Assembly: GCA_036785375.1 (NCBI GenBank)
Contig: JAWMAR010000136.1
Span: forward strand, 1,860,001-1,924,000
Length of the DNA: 64,000 nt
Reading direction: 5' to 3'
DNA from: Leucoraja ocellata
Lineage: Eukaryota
The translations under genes were made by a program, and so were the position numbers. The stretch's first letter is position 1, and the number at the start of each line of letters is the position of its first letter. Positions 27,901 through 41,192 of the stretch are shown piece by piece. The notes below the pieces were generated by a model that was not told the DNA's origin, did not search any database, and saw only the letters and a list, made by a program, of their open reading frames with translations.

Positions 27901-29489
27901 GGTTAACAACATGACATTATATTCACTAGCTAGAACATTTAGGAGCCAATTCATGTCAACAAACTGCCATAGAAACAAATCTTAAAGAGACAGCCCTCCT
28001 TTCATTACTATTCTTTCCACATATCTGAAGGGGATAAAAGTACACTTTTAGTTTACTTAAAATACAGTTATTTGTATTTTTAGCTGAACAATCCCAACCT
28101 GAATAATATAATTCTAAGATAATTGACAAGTTAATGATGATTAGAATGCATTTTCTTATTGGTAGAAATACAACATCTGAAAATGTTTAATTTATTAAAT
28201 GAAGAATTTGATATCCCAGGGATCAATGAATAGGCAGTACTGTCTCTTTTTAGTGAACAACATAAAAGCAGGTCCAATAGTTTTCATCAAAGAAAGTAAT
28301 CCTAAAAACAAAAAATTACAAGGTAAAGAAGCCTGGGTTCATAGGTCAGGAGGTAATATGTTATTATTTTATTCACCTAATTAGCCATTAATGTAAGCTA
28401 AAGGTATACTCCATCCAGGAGTAAAATTGAACACAATTATCCTTTAACTAGTCAAAGGTTGTTATCCTTTTCCAGGTCGAGGGAATGGAATGGAATTACA
28501 AAGTGATAAAATGGTTATATGATTACTCACATGATGAAAATGAAAGAAGATTAAAAAGTAGAATGCGCCCAGGCCCCATGAGGTTGAGTGGACAGACAGA
28601 AATGGAACAAAATAACAGGTTAGTTGAAAAGCAAAAAATACACCACCTGAGGTACCACTTTCTGCACTGACAGGGTATCATTACTGCAAATGCTTAACAA
28701 ATACGTTTGCCGCAATAAATAGCCATAACATAGCTGAGTGCACTAAAATAGCTTGATTTTCTTTGTTCTGAAGCAAATTGTTTCTTTATAGGGCAAAGTT
28801 TCCCTATGCAATGGGGTGAAATGGCATAACACTGGACCCATGTACAATGTTGTGCAACTGGATTAGGTTTCATACATAAACCTGATGGTAAAATTGTCTC
28901 CCAGTGGAGAAAGATGATAAATGTAACTTAAATCATATCATTGCTACCCATTTCCCAGCAACTAGTTCAATATTGGCCTTATCAAAGTCTTAAAAATACT
29001 TCACTCAGACTATGCTACATCATGAAAGCTCAGCAAAACATGAGGCAGATTAATGGAATTCTGTGTAACACATCAAGGTATGAAAACTTGATACACCCAT
29101 ATGAATTATTTTGCCTGTTACATATAACGAATACTGCTAAAATAGCAAGGAAGGGAATTTGATATGAACGGTATTTTTTCTAATTTTATTTCCGTTCTTA
29201 AATATTACTACCTTGAAATCCATATTTTATTGGTCGTGTTAAGTTCACAATATAGTCAGGTCACTGTATTGCACTCTTGCCTTTGAATTTTATCCTATTG
29301 AATTCAATAGAATGAACTTGGAAATTAAGTGCAGTACACTGTGCTGATGAGACTATATAATGCACTTAACTACCAAATGGCATTCCGTTTTAGCCCGCAT
29401 AAGTCCAAACATCTGCTTCCATTTCCACAAAAGAAAACTGTTGAATTGGATGCATTTCTCATAACTTTGAGTCATTGAGGAAGCGTTGT

Positions 29490-29745
29490 GGAAACAGGCC
29501 CTTCGGCCCAACCTGCCCATACCAGCCAACATGTCCCAGCTACACTAGTCCCACCTGCTCACGTTTGGTCCATATCGCTCCAACCTGCCCTATCCATGTA
29601 CCTGTCTGTTTCTTAAATGTTGGGATAGTCCCTGTCTCAACTACTTCCTCTGGCAGCTTGTTGTGTGAAAAAGATACCCCTTAGATTCCTATTAAATATT
29701 TTCCATTCAACTTAAACCTATGACCTCTGGTCCTCAGAACACCTA
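29490..29745 (-). mobile_element. CR1 LINE 3' end (continuation of the L2 host)
   Basis: ggaaacaggcccttcggccc tail and CR1 3' ORF sequence contiguous with 30727. Confidence 0.8.
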
Positions 29746-30726
29746 GGCAAGGCAAGGCAAGGCAAGTTTATTTGTATAGCACCTTTCAACAACAAGGTAA
29801 TTCAAAGTGCTTCACATAAAACATTATAAGCATTGGAAAGAAACACATATGAAATGACATTTAGATGTAAAACGATTATTAGATTTATCAGATAAAATAG
29901 TTACTAAATTAAAAGCAATCAAATAAAGTATTTAAAATAGAATAAACCAGGAATAGAAGTTACAGTGCAATATAGGTAATTAATAAATTGTATTGTTTAC
30001 TGAAAGGCAGCGGCAAACAGAAAAGTCTTCAGTCTAGATTTAAAAGAGCTGAGAGTTGCAGCAGACCTGCATTTTTCTGGGAGTTTGTTCCAGATATGTG
30101 GTGCATAAAAACTAAATGTTGCCTCTCCATGTTTAGTTCTGACTCTGGGGACACAGAGCAGACCTGTCCCAGACGATCTGAGAGGTCTGGGTGGTTCGTA
30201 GCTAAGCAGAAGATCAGAAATGTATTTTGGCCCTAAACCATTCAGTGCTTTGTAAACCAACAGTAGTATTTTGAAATCAATTCTTTGAAAGACAGGAAGC
30301 CAGTGTAAAGACCTCAGAACTGGAGTAATGTGATCTACTTTTTTGGTCTTAGTGAGGACTCGAGCAGCAGCGTTCTGAATTAACTGCAGCTGTCTGATCG
30401 ACTTTTTAGGAGACCTGTAAAGACACTGTTACAGTAGTCGAGCCTGCTGAAGATAAATGCATGGACAAGTTTTTCCAAATCCTGCTGAGACATAAGTCCG
30501 TTAATCCTTGATATATTCTTTAGGTGATAGTAGGCTGACTTTATGACTGTTTTTATGTGGCTGTTGAAGTTCAGGTCTGAGTCTATGACTACTCCTAAGT
30601 TTCTGGCTTGGTTTGTTGTTTTTAGCATTACCATTTGAAGCTGGGTGCTAACTTTTAATCGTTCTTCCTTGGCTCCAAAAACAATTATTTCAGTTTTTTC
30701 TTTGTTTAATTGGAGAAAGTTCTGGT
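29746..30726 (-). mobile_element. L2-clade LINE 3' fragment (teleost-type), nested in a CR1
   Basis: The minus strand translates as NFLQLNKEKTEIIVFG..ARNLGVVIDSDLNF..KLVHAFIFSRLDYCNS..LHWLPV..FKSRLKTFLF with one frameshift near 30405. It ends in AATAAA plus a (TTGCC)4 tail at 29746-29765. Confidence 0.9.
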
Positions 30727-31215
30727 CCTACTCTGGGCAAGAGACTCTGTTCATCTATCTATTCCTCTCATGATTTTACACACCTCAATAAGATCACCCC
30801 TCATCCTCCTGCGCTCCAAGGAATAGAGTAGCAGCCTACTCAACCTCCGCCTATAGCCCAGACCCTCTAGTTCTGGCAACATCTTTGAAAATCTTAACTG
30901 GACCCATTCCAGCTTGACAACATCTTTCCTATAACAAGGTGCCCAGAACTGAAAACAATACTTTAAATGTGGCCTCACGAACGTCTTATACAACTGCCAC
31001 ATGACCTCCCAACTTCTGTACACAATACTCTGGCTGATGAAGGCCAATGTGCCAAAAGCCTTTTTGACCACCCGATCTACCTGCGACTCCACCTTCAGGG
31101 AACTATGTATCTGCACACCTAGATCCATCTGCTCTACAACTACCCAGAGCCCCACCATTCACTGTGTATGTCCTGCCCATGTTAGACTTCCCAAGATGTA
31201 ACACCTCACATTTTT
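30727..31215 (-). mobile_element. CR1 LINE fragment (5' part of the L2 host)
   Basis: ORF DLGVQIHSSLKVESQVDRVVKKA..LYKTFVRPHLKYC..LYSLERRRMRGDLIEV is a CR1 ORF2 C-terminus. Confidence 0.9.
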
Positions 31216-31339
31216 CTTACCTTGCAATAACGGCATGGAAAATTGAAACCTGAATCAAATGCAGATAACTTTTTTGCTTTTCACTGTAATGGAACCAAAT
31301 ATATGCAGGTGAAACTCAAACCGACATTAACACCAATGA

Positions 31340-31471
31340 GTGTGTAAGAAGGAACTGCAGATGCTGGTTTAAACTGAAGATAGACACAAAAAGCTGGAGT
31401 AACTCAGCGGGACAGGCAGCATCTCTGGAGAGAAGGAATGGGTGTCGTTTCAGGTCGAGACCCTTCTTCTA
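31340..31471 (-). mobile_element. PLE-derived short repeat with ~14-bp TSD
   Basis: Family body, flanked by ATTAACACCAATGA (31326-31339) and ATTAACAGCAATGA (31472-31485). Confidence 0.75.
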
Positions 31472-33170
31472 ATTAACAGCAATGAACTATGATGAATTAT
31501 TCTCCTTTCAACTTTATTTAACAAAGCATTAATTGGGAGTGAATTAAACAGGACTTTATTGGACTTTATTGGTCTTCCTATCAAATTTAGTAAATGTCAA
31601 AGGCATATTACTTCAAACAAGCAAGATGTTTGTGGATAAACTGGAAATGTGAGTAAAATGGTAAAATGGGGGAAAATAATAACCCCCATCAGATCAGATA
31701 ACAGTTTTTCTGATGGTAAAGATTATGAACATTTTAAAATATATTAATTTAGTGTCATGTACCATCCCTGATAAATGTTAATTCTGGAAATCTTTATATA
31801 TTATTCTAAATGTTTAGTTTGGTTTAATTTTTAAAAATAGCTTGGAAATACGGGCTTCTGTGCACTGAGTCCAAACCGACCAATGATCACCCGATCACAC
31901 TAGTTGTGTGTTACACCACGTTTGCATCGACTCCCTGCAGATTAGGGACAATTTACATAGGCCAATTAACCTATAAGTCTGTACGGCTTTGGGATGTGAG
32001 AGGAAACCAGACCATCCAGAGGACATGCAAACTCCTATTTTTCTAATTTCAAAGACTTCAAGTCAAATACACACTTGGTTTAGAAGATAATGCACATTTT
32101 TAGGTCATCCAGTGTGGAAACAAGCCCTTTGATCCAATTTGCCCACTGTGTCCAACATGCCTTATCCACACCAGTCCCACTTGCCTGTGTTTGACCCATA
32201 TCCTTCTAAATCTAATCTATCTATGAACATGTCCAAATGTCCAAACTCAGCTTGATGCTTTTTATTTAACACTGGATTATTTTAAAAGATGCTTCTCTAT
32301 ATTTTTGAATACATTTATTCCCATGAAGCTATAAATATAAATTTCAAATGACAAATGTTTGGTCATGAGTTGTAAAATGATTAATCTAATAAGCAAGGAT
32401 CGATCAGTGGGGTTGCATTTACAGATAATCTCATCCTGAGGTTATCAATTTAGCTAATTATTCACCTATTCAAATGATTTGAAAAATGATTTATTTCACG
32501 TTATTACAAAATAACTTTGCATCTTGTGTTTACATCTTGGGTCAATATGTCTTTGAAAAGCATGACATTTTAGAATGAAGTTGACATAGCAAATGAAGCC
32601 TAAGGGATTATTTTTCAACTAGAAATTACAATTAAAACATAATTTCTGCTTTTCTTCACAGAGCCTAATGCAGAAGGTAAATGAAGCATTAAATGGATTG
32701 AAATTTACTCTGATATTGTAGTGCAGTTCCAACAGAATGAACTTGCAGTGGAATGGATTATCCAAAATAGTATGTTGAATTCATAATCTTGATTAAATTA
32801 ATAAAGTTAAAATATTGTTAATAACATTGATAGGATTTATTTTAACTCACACGCTTCAGTTCCTGTTATGCACTTCTGCATATTTAGAATATAATATGTT
32901 GGTACTTATGAAGACATTAATGGAGGAGGAATTGATAAAAGGACATTTTAATCAATATTGTATGAAGTGCAAATTCAATGCAGTGTCAAGGTTGGCAAAA
33001 CCTCCAGGTATCTATTGAACATCTTGGTGATCAAATATTCCTTTATCACTTTTTTTGTGTAATTATTTAATTTCTTAGCATCTCGAAGACATGCATTCAC
33101 TTCTCAAGAGGCACATAGCACTATTCTGGCATCTGCTAGCAGTATAAATGTCATTTTTGTTAGCTATCAC

Positions 33171-33190
33171 CTGGAATGCTCCTGCCTGTT
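33171..33190 (-). CDS. Candidate 20-nt frame-shifting microexon of the IgLON gene
   Basis: ccaaattag|AACAGGCAGGAGCATTCCAG|gtgata. It has an ~86-nt AG-free pyrimidine-rich zone upstream, a CTGAC branch-like motif near 33260 and a downstream TGCATG at 33090-33095. Confidence 0.4.
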
Positions 33191-34077
33191 CTAATTTGGA
33201 AGTAGTGAATGAAAAGCCAAGAATATCAACGCAAAAATAGGAATCGGAGAAAACCACAAGTCAGTTTGATGACCCGATCTTCAAGTCCTTCTATTCCCTT
33301 AGTGAATAAATGTAGTTCAGTCAGCCTTAAAACACACACAGCCCTCAGGGGTGGTGAAGTCCAAAGATTCACAAACAGGGGAAATAATTCTGCATATTTC
33401 TCTCTAAAATGACCAACTCGTTAGGCTGGCTAACAGAATCATCCAGGAACTGTTACTGAACCTCTCAGTCAATTAGTGTGAAATTACGTATAATTTCTCT
33501 GAGCTCGGAACACAACAGGCTCATCCTGCTCGATCTTCCCTTGGAGGACAACCCTGATGGGATTACCATCGGATTGGAACATTTAGTAGCCTGAAGTTCT
33601 GAACCACCATGTTCAAGAATGGCTACATTCCTACAACCATCAGGTCTCGAACCAATCTGCACAACCCTAATCAAACTTTGACAACGGTTTTTACACCAAT
33701 GTCTTTTATAGTCTTTGGCTTTTCACTGTTATTGAAAAATTCAAGTATAAATGATGTTTTTGTGTGTTCTTGAGTTTATATACATGGAATATACATGGAA
33801 TGCTGCTGCAAACAATATTTCCTTTGCGCCTGCAGATAACAATTTCAGACTTTTGCTGGGAACCAATGTAATGGCCTCTTATTAATTTACTCTTGTTATC
33901 CATCCCGTTCAAACACATCCTTCCTGATTATTTTCTCCACTTGCAAGTTTTGCTTTCCTGCACAAGATCATGTAGACCTGCTTGAGTAACAAAATTCAAC
34001 AGTTTTTGCCATTTAAAACATATTCTCTTTTGAATTCTTCAGACTAAAATTCAATATGGGCTGGGTCATGTCTGTGT

Positions 34078-34302
34078 TAACTTTTTTACGCAAAGGGTGG
34101 TGGGTGTAAGGAACGAGCCGCCGGAGGAGATAGTTGAGGCAGGTACTATCATGCCATTTTAAGAGTCATTTGGACAGGCACATTGACAAGGCAGGTTTAG
34201 AGGGTTATGGGCAAGGTGGGACCAGTATTTATGAGGCATGTTGTTCGGCAAGTGTAAGTTGGGCCAAATGACCTGTTTCCATGCTGTATGACTCTATGAC
34301 TC
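34078..34302 (+). mobile_element. CR1 LINE 3' fragment
   Basis: Same 3' sequence and ctgtatgactctatgactct tail. Confidence 0.8.
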
Positions 34303-36569
34303 TGCGAGTGCACTTGGCTCCTGTAAAATATGATACACTGATGACCTCACTCCTCCAAAAGTGGAGAGGACCACAGGTGGAGATCTGGCAGAACCTAAGA
34401 CCTCACTCCCCCATAATTTGCAACAAGTGCCTTTGTGAGCAGGTTGCTATCAAAGGCGCATTAACTATTTCGAAATGTCTGATGTCCAGAGGCATTTAAA
34501 CTGACAAGATAATTAAATAATAGAAAAAATACTTTCAAAACCAGTAAATTCATTTAAAACAAATATATGAAGTAAAATAAAAAAACATAAAAACTTAAAG
34601 AATTATCCCGAGAATACTTTTTTAGAACTGATTTCTGACAATCCAAATGGGAACCTGACATAAACTGAGGGGCCAGATGTGAAGTGCATCCTGCCCCATA
34701 GTGTAAAATGTTCAGGTACCATTACTGGATGCCATTTAGCACCTAGTGATGCATTGAAAAGTCAGAGTCACTAGGCTACATTTTTTAATATGTCTCCAAA
34801 ACAATGCATAGATCCTTAAGGCAAAGGTGTGCTGAATATCAAAATACAGATGCATAGCCATTCCCTACAGAAGCACTTCTCTCATTGGAGTTAATTACCA
34901 GCCCAGCATTTCATCTGCGAACCCTTCCTACTTGCTTAGTTACTCGGTTAGGTTCCATTGCAGTCCTTTGATTTCTCACATCAACGTGTCCCACCCAACT
35001 TTGTATCATTAGCCCTTTCAACTAAGACATTTATAGCTTTGGCTCCAGCACTAATCTTTCAAGATACTTGAAACGTGTAAACACTGAGGTAAGGTTTGTT
35101 AGCAGACCACCGGATGTATCAGTGCAATGCATATCCATTAGGAATTCATATCATGAGTTTTTTAAGTGATGGGAATGTTTTAGGGTCTTTGAAGGGAATC
35201 CCATATCACTCCAACTGTTAACATGATGTAACTTTGAGCTTTGGGGTTAGCATTAGCCTTCTGCAAGTTTTTGTTGGTGGTTTAAGGATAATGGCGCTTT
35301 GCTTGGAAGCACTTCCACGTAGACCACTGATGTCCAAACAAAGTAGTTTGTGAAGTCTATTGGAAAATAGGGACCACTATATTTCTAAACTATTGAGTTA
35401 ATGACTTGCTGAATATGAAAGAGCACGTGTGATGGTATTTTGGTGGATATGCAATAATTCTACACAGAATTCATACTCTGCTGACTTGTGGAAACTGAAT
35501 TAATCAAACATTTGCAGCAGCATTGAGGGTGTCATCGAGTTTCATTGTTCTCTAAATTTTTAATGTGTGTTTTCTCATACGCTGTAATGATGAGGAAAAC
35601 AAAAACAATGAAACTGGATGTTATGGATAAAAGTTGTGGAAGTTTGCTCAATGTCTTCTGCTTAGGTCCGATACATGTTTTGTTTAGAGCCTTTCCACAA
35701 TTGAACAAATTAGTTGGGTAAAATGAATGATGAAGTTGATTGCATGCATATGGTCTGTGAAGGTAATGGATCAAACAGTATTATTTTCTTTCAATGTATT
35801 ATCATTAAACAGTAAGAATTTCCAGTGTAGGATAGGGGTGGAAGCCTGTCCGTGGTTACAGAGACAACACAAGTAATAGAGCAGAAGATCTAGAAATTAC
35901 TGTGCGTCCAAAATCTGACTCCACTAAAGTTAATGGAACTGAATTTCGGAAAGGAAATATAATATACAGCATGCCACTGAGAATTTTATTATGTAAGATA
36001 TTTTAGATACACTAATTTCATCAGAAGGTTTAATATCATGTTCATTTATTAAAGTAATTTTTGCTTCTCATAATAAATTGTTCTGTTGCTTTAGTTCCTT
36101 TTGGTAAGAGTTATATTTGCCCTGGCGGCCTCTTAGAGTGGTTTTTGATTTGCTAACAAATTGGAATTCCACGCGAGAAAGTGGATCCCATGAGCACAAT
36201 TACAACAGCATAGCAGCTCTACCCGCAGTTCATTACAATAGTTGGCCACATCCATGTGAACTAAAGTCCATTAGAAATCAGTGCTCAAGTCACACCAGCA
36301 TGGCTGATGCTCGGCTAGCATAAGGCACACATTGACTGAAGTGATGGATTGATAGGTGCACGTTTCCTCCTCAGCCTGCAGAACTTGGAACTTTTGGAGG
36401 TAAACAACACCCATTGCTGTTTCCTCATCATGCAGGAATGGGCACAATGACACCAGCTAATGGCTTTCCATTTTCACTTTAATAAGTTGCACACTGCAAT
36501 GCTCAGGAATACTGAAACTGCACCAGATCAATGGTTTTGCTGATGTGTTGAGTTGGATACTGTAAAGCC

Positions 36570-36718
36570 CTTAGGGCTAACAGAATCAAGGGATATGGGG
36601 AGAAGGCAGGAACAGGGTACTGATTTTGGATGATCTGCCATGGTCCTATTGAATGGCTGTGCTGGCTCGAAGGGCCGAATTGTCTACTCCTGCGCCTATT
36701 TTCTATGTTTCTATGTTT
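36570..36718 (+). mobile_element. CR1-type 3' tail
   Basis: aagggatatggggagaaggcagg...gaagggccgaat...(ttctatgt) tail. Confidence 0.7.
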
Positions 36719-37432
36719 GCTGCGATCACCAACTTGTCGTGGCTTGGGGGCCACTTCTGACAACTCCTGGAGTTGATCAGCTTGGATCATTAATAGAGGG
36801 GTGGGGGGGCAGGGGGTTTGCCAGATACACAGGAGGTCACTATGCACCTCTAGCCTCCAATTGCATTTTCCCTTACTTCCATGACGGTCATTTCTACTGC
36901 TCTACAGTGGCAGCCAGGGCAGAGTCCTTTAAGCTCGTTGCTAGCAAAGCTAATGTCATTTTAGCCACAATAACACAGCCATCAGCATAGGGTTGTTTTT
37001 AATGTATTTTTGTACAATTTCACAGTAAATTGGAGTGGATTTTGCAGGACATGAATCTCAACCCCTATTTCTAGGTATCAGTGAATTCTGCTTAAGGCCA
37101 ACTGAAGGCAGCTTGTAGTAACCCTCGGCTAGGCTTCTTCACCATCTCACTTCCCATATGAGAAATAACTAGATTCTCAATAAATTCTGATTATTAGTAG
37201 GCAACATTTTTTTAATGTTACAAAATGGAGGTTTGACTCAGTCAAAATGGAGCCTTCAGCAGACAATGGAGAAACATTTTATTGTGAGGGCCTCCATTGC
37301 CATCTAATGCTGGTCATCTGAAAACAATGGTGATCAGCCAAAGAGTTTTTCTTAACCCATCTGTCTCGAAAACCCATAGAACCTTGATAATACAGCAGTC
37401 CTTAGTACAAGATGAAAATATATTGGTGTTTC

Positions 37433-37574
37433 NNNNNNNNNNNNNNNNNNNNNNNNNNNNNNNNNNNNNNNNNNNNNNNNNNNNNNNNNNNNNNNNNNNN
37501 NNNNNNNNNNNNNNNNNNNNNNNNNNNNNNNNNNNNNNNNNNNNNNNNNNNNNNNNNNNNNNNNNNNNNNNNNN
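37433..37574. other. Assembly gap (142 N)
   Basis: Run of N characters. Confidence 1.
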
Positions 37575-37858
37575 TTTGAGCGTTATTTACAGCTATTGTA
37601 AAGGGGTATGACTTTTATCGGTTAAGAACCATTATTCCACTCCTCTTGTTGCAAGTAGTAATGAAAATATTAGGAAGAAAATATCCTGGTCAAATTATGA
37701 GTTGTTGTTGATTCTTTGCTTCCAAGGTAGCTTAATATATTTATTTGCAGACTGCATTAACCCGCTGGCAGTGCTGAAAGAGGTCCCCATCCCCTCATGC
37801 AATAGAGAAACACAGCAGAGAAGATGCAGCCACATAAATGACAGTGCTCCGTACTGAC

Positions 37859-37894
37859 CTTGAATCTGGGTCGAGCTCGTAGGCTCATTTACTT
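37859..37894 (-). CDS. OPCML: 36-nt alternatively spliced microexon of the IgLON gene (EVNEPTSSTQIQ)
   Basis: ctccgattatag|AAGTAAATGAGCCTACGAGCTCGACCCAGATTCAAG|gtcagt, symmetric phase 1-1. There is a long upstream pyrimidine tract and a downstream TGCATG. The peptide resembles the recalled neurotrimin-type insert ELNEPTSSTLLQ. Confidence 0.85.
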
Positions 37895-37919
37895 CTATAA
37901 TCGGAGAACATTGTGAGGT

Positions 37920-38017
37920 GGTTGGAGGGGGTGGGGAGAGGAAGGGTGAGGAAGTAGGGGGAGGAAGTAGGGGGAGGGAGGGAAGGAAGGAAGGAAGGAA
38001 AGAAGGAAGGAAAAGAA
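37920..38017 (+). repeat. Polypurine/(GGAA)n tract
   Basis: Almost pure G/A run, read as a pyrimidine tract upstream of the microexon on the minus strand. Confidence 0.9.
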
Positions 38018-39344
38018 ATCCAAAAAATACAGTTTACATATTCTTAGTCATGGAACTGAGCAGCAAAGTGATGCTAATGGCAACACACATGCAATAAAAT
38101 GAACCAGAAACATAATGATTACAGATTGCTCATGAAAGTGCATCATGGATTTGAACTGGGAAAAAGTCATAACTCCAATTAGCAGTAAAGAGTTAACACC
38201 TTCAGTTTAACACCAATTATCACTGTGTCATCTATATCACACCATTTCACAGGCAAGTATTTCTCTTTGGAGAGGTGCTTGTGCATGAGTTCCCACCCAT
38301 TTGTCTTCACGATTAGTGTTTTAATCCATGGTATGCCAATTGAATATTGAGCAAAAGTGACCAGGAAGTTTAATCAGTACTGCCTTCCCTGCTTTCCTTG
38401 GAGGGTGCCTGTGGCATTCACATACTGGTTAATCGAGGCAACAGTTTGTGTTGTTTTTGGCCCCAGCATTCAGCACCCCAGGTTAATTCTGGCTGAGGAG
38501 TTGCCAGTACCTTTAGTTTCCACTGCATTTTGCTGAATACAAGAGATGGCATGTACATTTGCGAAGTGAAAATTCACCAAGACACACAAATGGTTCTCGC
38601 TGCACATTCTTTTCCTGAAAGGGAACAAAGTATCTGCAAATAATTCCAATGGTGCTTTTATCCATTCACACCCTAAAAAAGCTGCAAGACTTAGGTAATT
38701 CTTCGATATACCAGCAAATGATAATTGCCCAAAGACATTGTTATAAAGGGCAGCATAGACACTTTCAGAATTCTGCTTATGAGTTTATTTCAAATTTATT
38801 TCAAGTTTATTTCTGCTTATTTCAAATTCCAAGTGAAGGATAAATGTTAACACTTGATTTCTCAGACTTCACCTTATCAGTACCTAAAGCAATAGCATGC
38901 GGCAAACAAACAGGTGTATTCACTAACTATTGTTATCCCTGGTACCCCCTGCTGTTTCTGTACTAATAATCTGCAAAGGTAGAAATGATTGCCAATTAAT
39001 CTGATTTTTGCAAAAAGCAAGACTTAATAGCACCACAGGATAACATTTGTAATACAATAAATATCTATAAATATATTTATGATTTATTATGAGAGCAGTA
39101 TGTCAGGCTGCAGCTATTATGAATTTCGCGTAAATTCTGTCTTTTTACTATTTTATTCATGTCTGCTTTAGGGACATGATGTTACAGCTTTGAAGGGTGG
39201 CAAGAAATCTGTGGTTACATTGTTTTCAAGAACCTAACTAGCCTTTCCATCTTAACACTGGGTTCAGTATACCGTGTACCACCATAACCACCTGACTACA
39301 TTGCTTCTATTTATTTTATGAAGTTGACCTCATGAGCATAGACT

Positions 39345-39640
39345 GGTTCCACCAAGATGCAGGACAGAACACCACAGGAGATCCTTCTTCCCTGTGGCTG
39401 TCAAACTTTACAACTTCTCCCCCTTCTGTCGTGGGGTAGACTGAGACTGAGACTAACTACCCCCCCCCCCCCCCACCCCACCCCCAAATTGCACACCCCC
39501 CAAGCCTTTCCACTCATCACTTTAATTTCATGTTTCATGTATTTTCTGTTTTGTGTATTTTGTGTTTTTATGACTGTTGGCAGATCAATTTCCCTCCTGG
39601 GATAAATAAAGTTATATCGTATCGTATCGTATCGTATCGT
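39345..39640 (+). mobile_element. LINE 3' end with (ATCGT)n tail
   Basis: ccttcttccctgtggctgtcaaactttacaac...gggataaataaagtt followed by (ATCGT)5. Confidence 0.65.
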
Positions 39641-40109
39641 AAATGAATACTAAAAACGAAATAGACACTTTGAAAATAAATAAAATAACTTGACAGAATA
39701 GGCAACAGTGGGTTTGGAGAAGGGGAGGGCGCAAGTGACAACAAGCAATTGTACGTAAATTTAATGTTGTGTTATCTCCACAGGAAGGTGGTCCTCCCAA
39801 AAGAGACAACGTCATCCGTGCCCACCCTTCCACTGGCGACCACTGTGATGATGCATCTCTTGTTCATTAGTGACTGTTGCCAACTGAGTTATGGTCTTGA
39901 GATCACATGTTGCTTGAGGCAAACATGCAATTGGTGTGTTCGCCAGCAACTTATCCAGCGTTGTGGTGGACAAGCTCAATATCAGCCGATTACCAATTGA
40001 GGTGAAACTCTAAAGCATTGCTGATACTCAAAATCTGATTATTTTTAAATGCTGAACACATTCAGTAGATCAGATAGCAGACGTGGAAAAGGAAACAGTT
40101 AACATTTTA

Positions 40110-40240
40110 GGTGTATGAAGGAATTGCAGATGCTGGTTTAAGCCAAAGACAGACACAAAAAGCTGGAGTAACTCAGCTGGACAATGCTGCATCTCTGGAG
40201 AGAAGAAATGGGTGACGGCACCCATTCCTTCTCTCCACAG
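40110..40240 (-). mobile_element. PLE-derived repeat with short inverted arm
   Basis: ggagagaagaaatgggtg-acgg-cacccattccttctctcc hairpin at the junction. Confidence 0.65.
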
Positions 40241-41045
40241 TTAACATTTCTGGTCCAGTACTCTGTTTCTGCTCTGCAAATGCTGCCTGAGTGTGACCTG
40301 CTTTCTCTGGCTGGGGTGCTGTTGAGCTGATTTGGAGATTCCAGCACCAGATGTTTTACATATTCTGCCTGCCTTGCACGGCAGGAATTTCAATTACAAA
40401 GCTATGCTTCCCTCAAGCCAAGGTCAACAGAATATGATGAGATAGATTTTTTTGTTGTTGTTGATTGAGAGCAGCAATCTTTATGAAAAAGCCTTGGTGA
40501 TTGTATTTTTCTTTTTAAGAATGAGAAATGCCAGATAATCCCTGTATCATTTCATCATCTTACCCTTAGATCTAAATAACACATGTTGCAATGCAATTTG
40601 TGTATGGAAACAAATGAAAGGTTTGCAATCACTTTTTCATGAAGATATTACCCTTCAAAATGTCTGTGTCAGATGTACAATCAAATGCAATTCAGCGTTA
40701 CATTTACTGTACATTGTAATAATTAATTCATGGCTTTGACTTGCATTGGTCCCGAAGAATCCCTTGACAAATTATTTCAGGATGCTGGAAATAACAATTT
40801 TGATTTGTATTATTCCTCAGGGTGCCTCAGTGGTTCAAGCTTTCAGCAGTTAGCACTCCCACATACTGGGTTGCTAGCACCTATTACAGGCTGTTTGACA
40901 TTCAGACTCACTTACCTCGGCTGTGGCATCTAGGGCATTAGATTAAAATACGGAAAACTGAAAAATATTACTCTGGGAGTAGTGGGGATGGGAAGAACTT
41001 TCATTTGCAAATTGTACCATAACTGCAGCTCTGGGTGTACTTCCG

Positions 41046-41192
41046 GTTGCCACAGTGGCGCAGCTGGTAAAGCTGCTGCTTCACAGTGTCGCAGACCTGG
41101 GTTCGATCCTGGGCTTGGGTGTTGCCTGTGTGGAGGTTATGCATTTTCCCTGTGACTTTTCGCTTTGGATTCCGTGCAAACTTAACTAAACT
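41046..41192 (+). mobile_element. Internally deleted V-SINE
   Basis: cacagtggcgcagctggt...gggttcgatcc head. Confidence 0.7.

Noticed and set aside
41046-41115. tRNA-like sequence
   Set aside because: It is the head of a V-SINE, not a tRNA gene.
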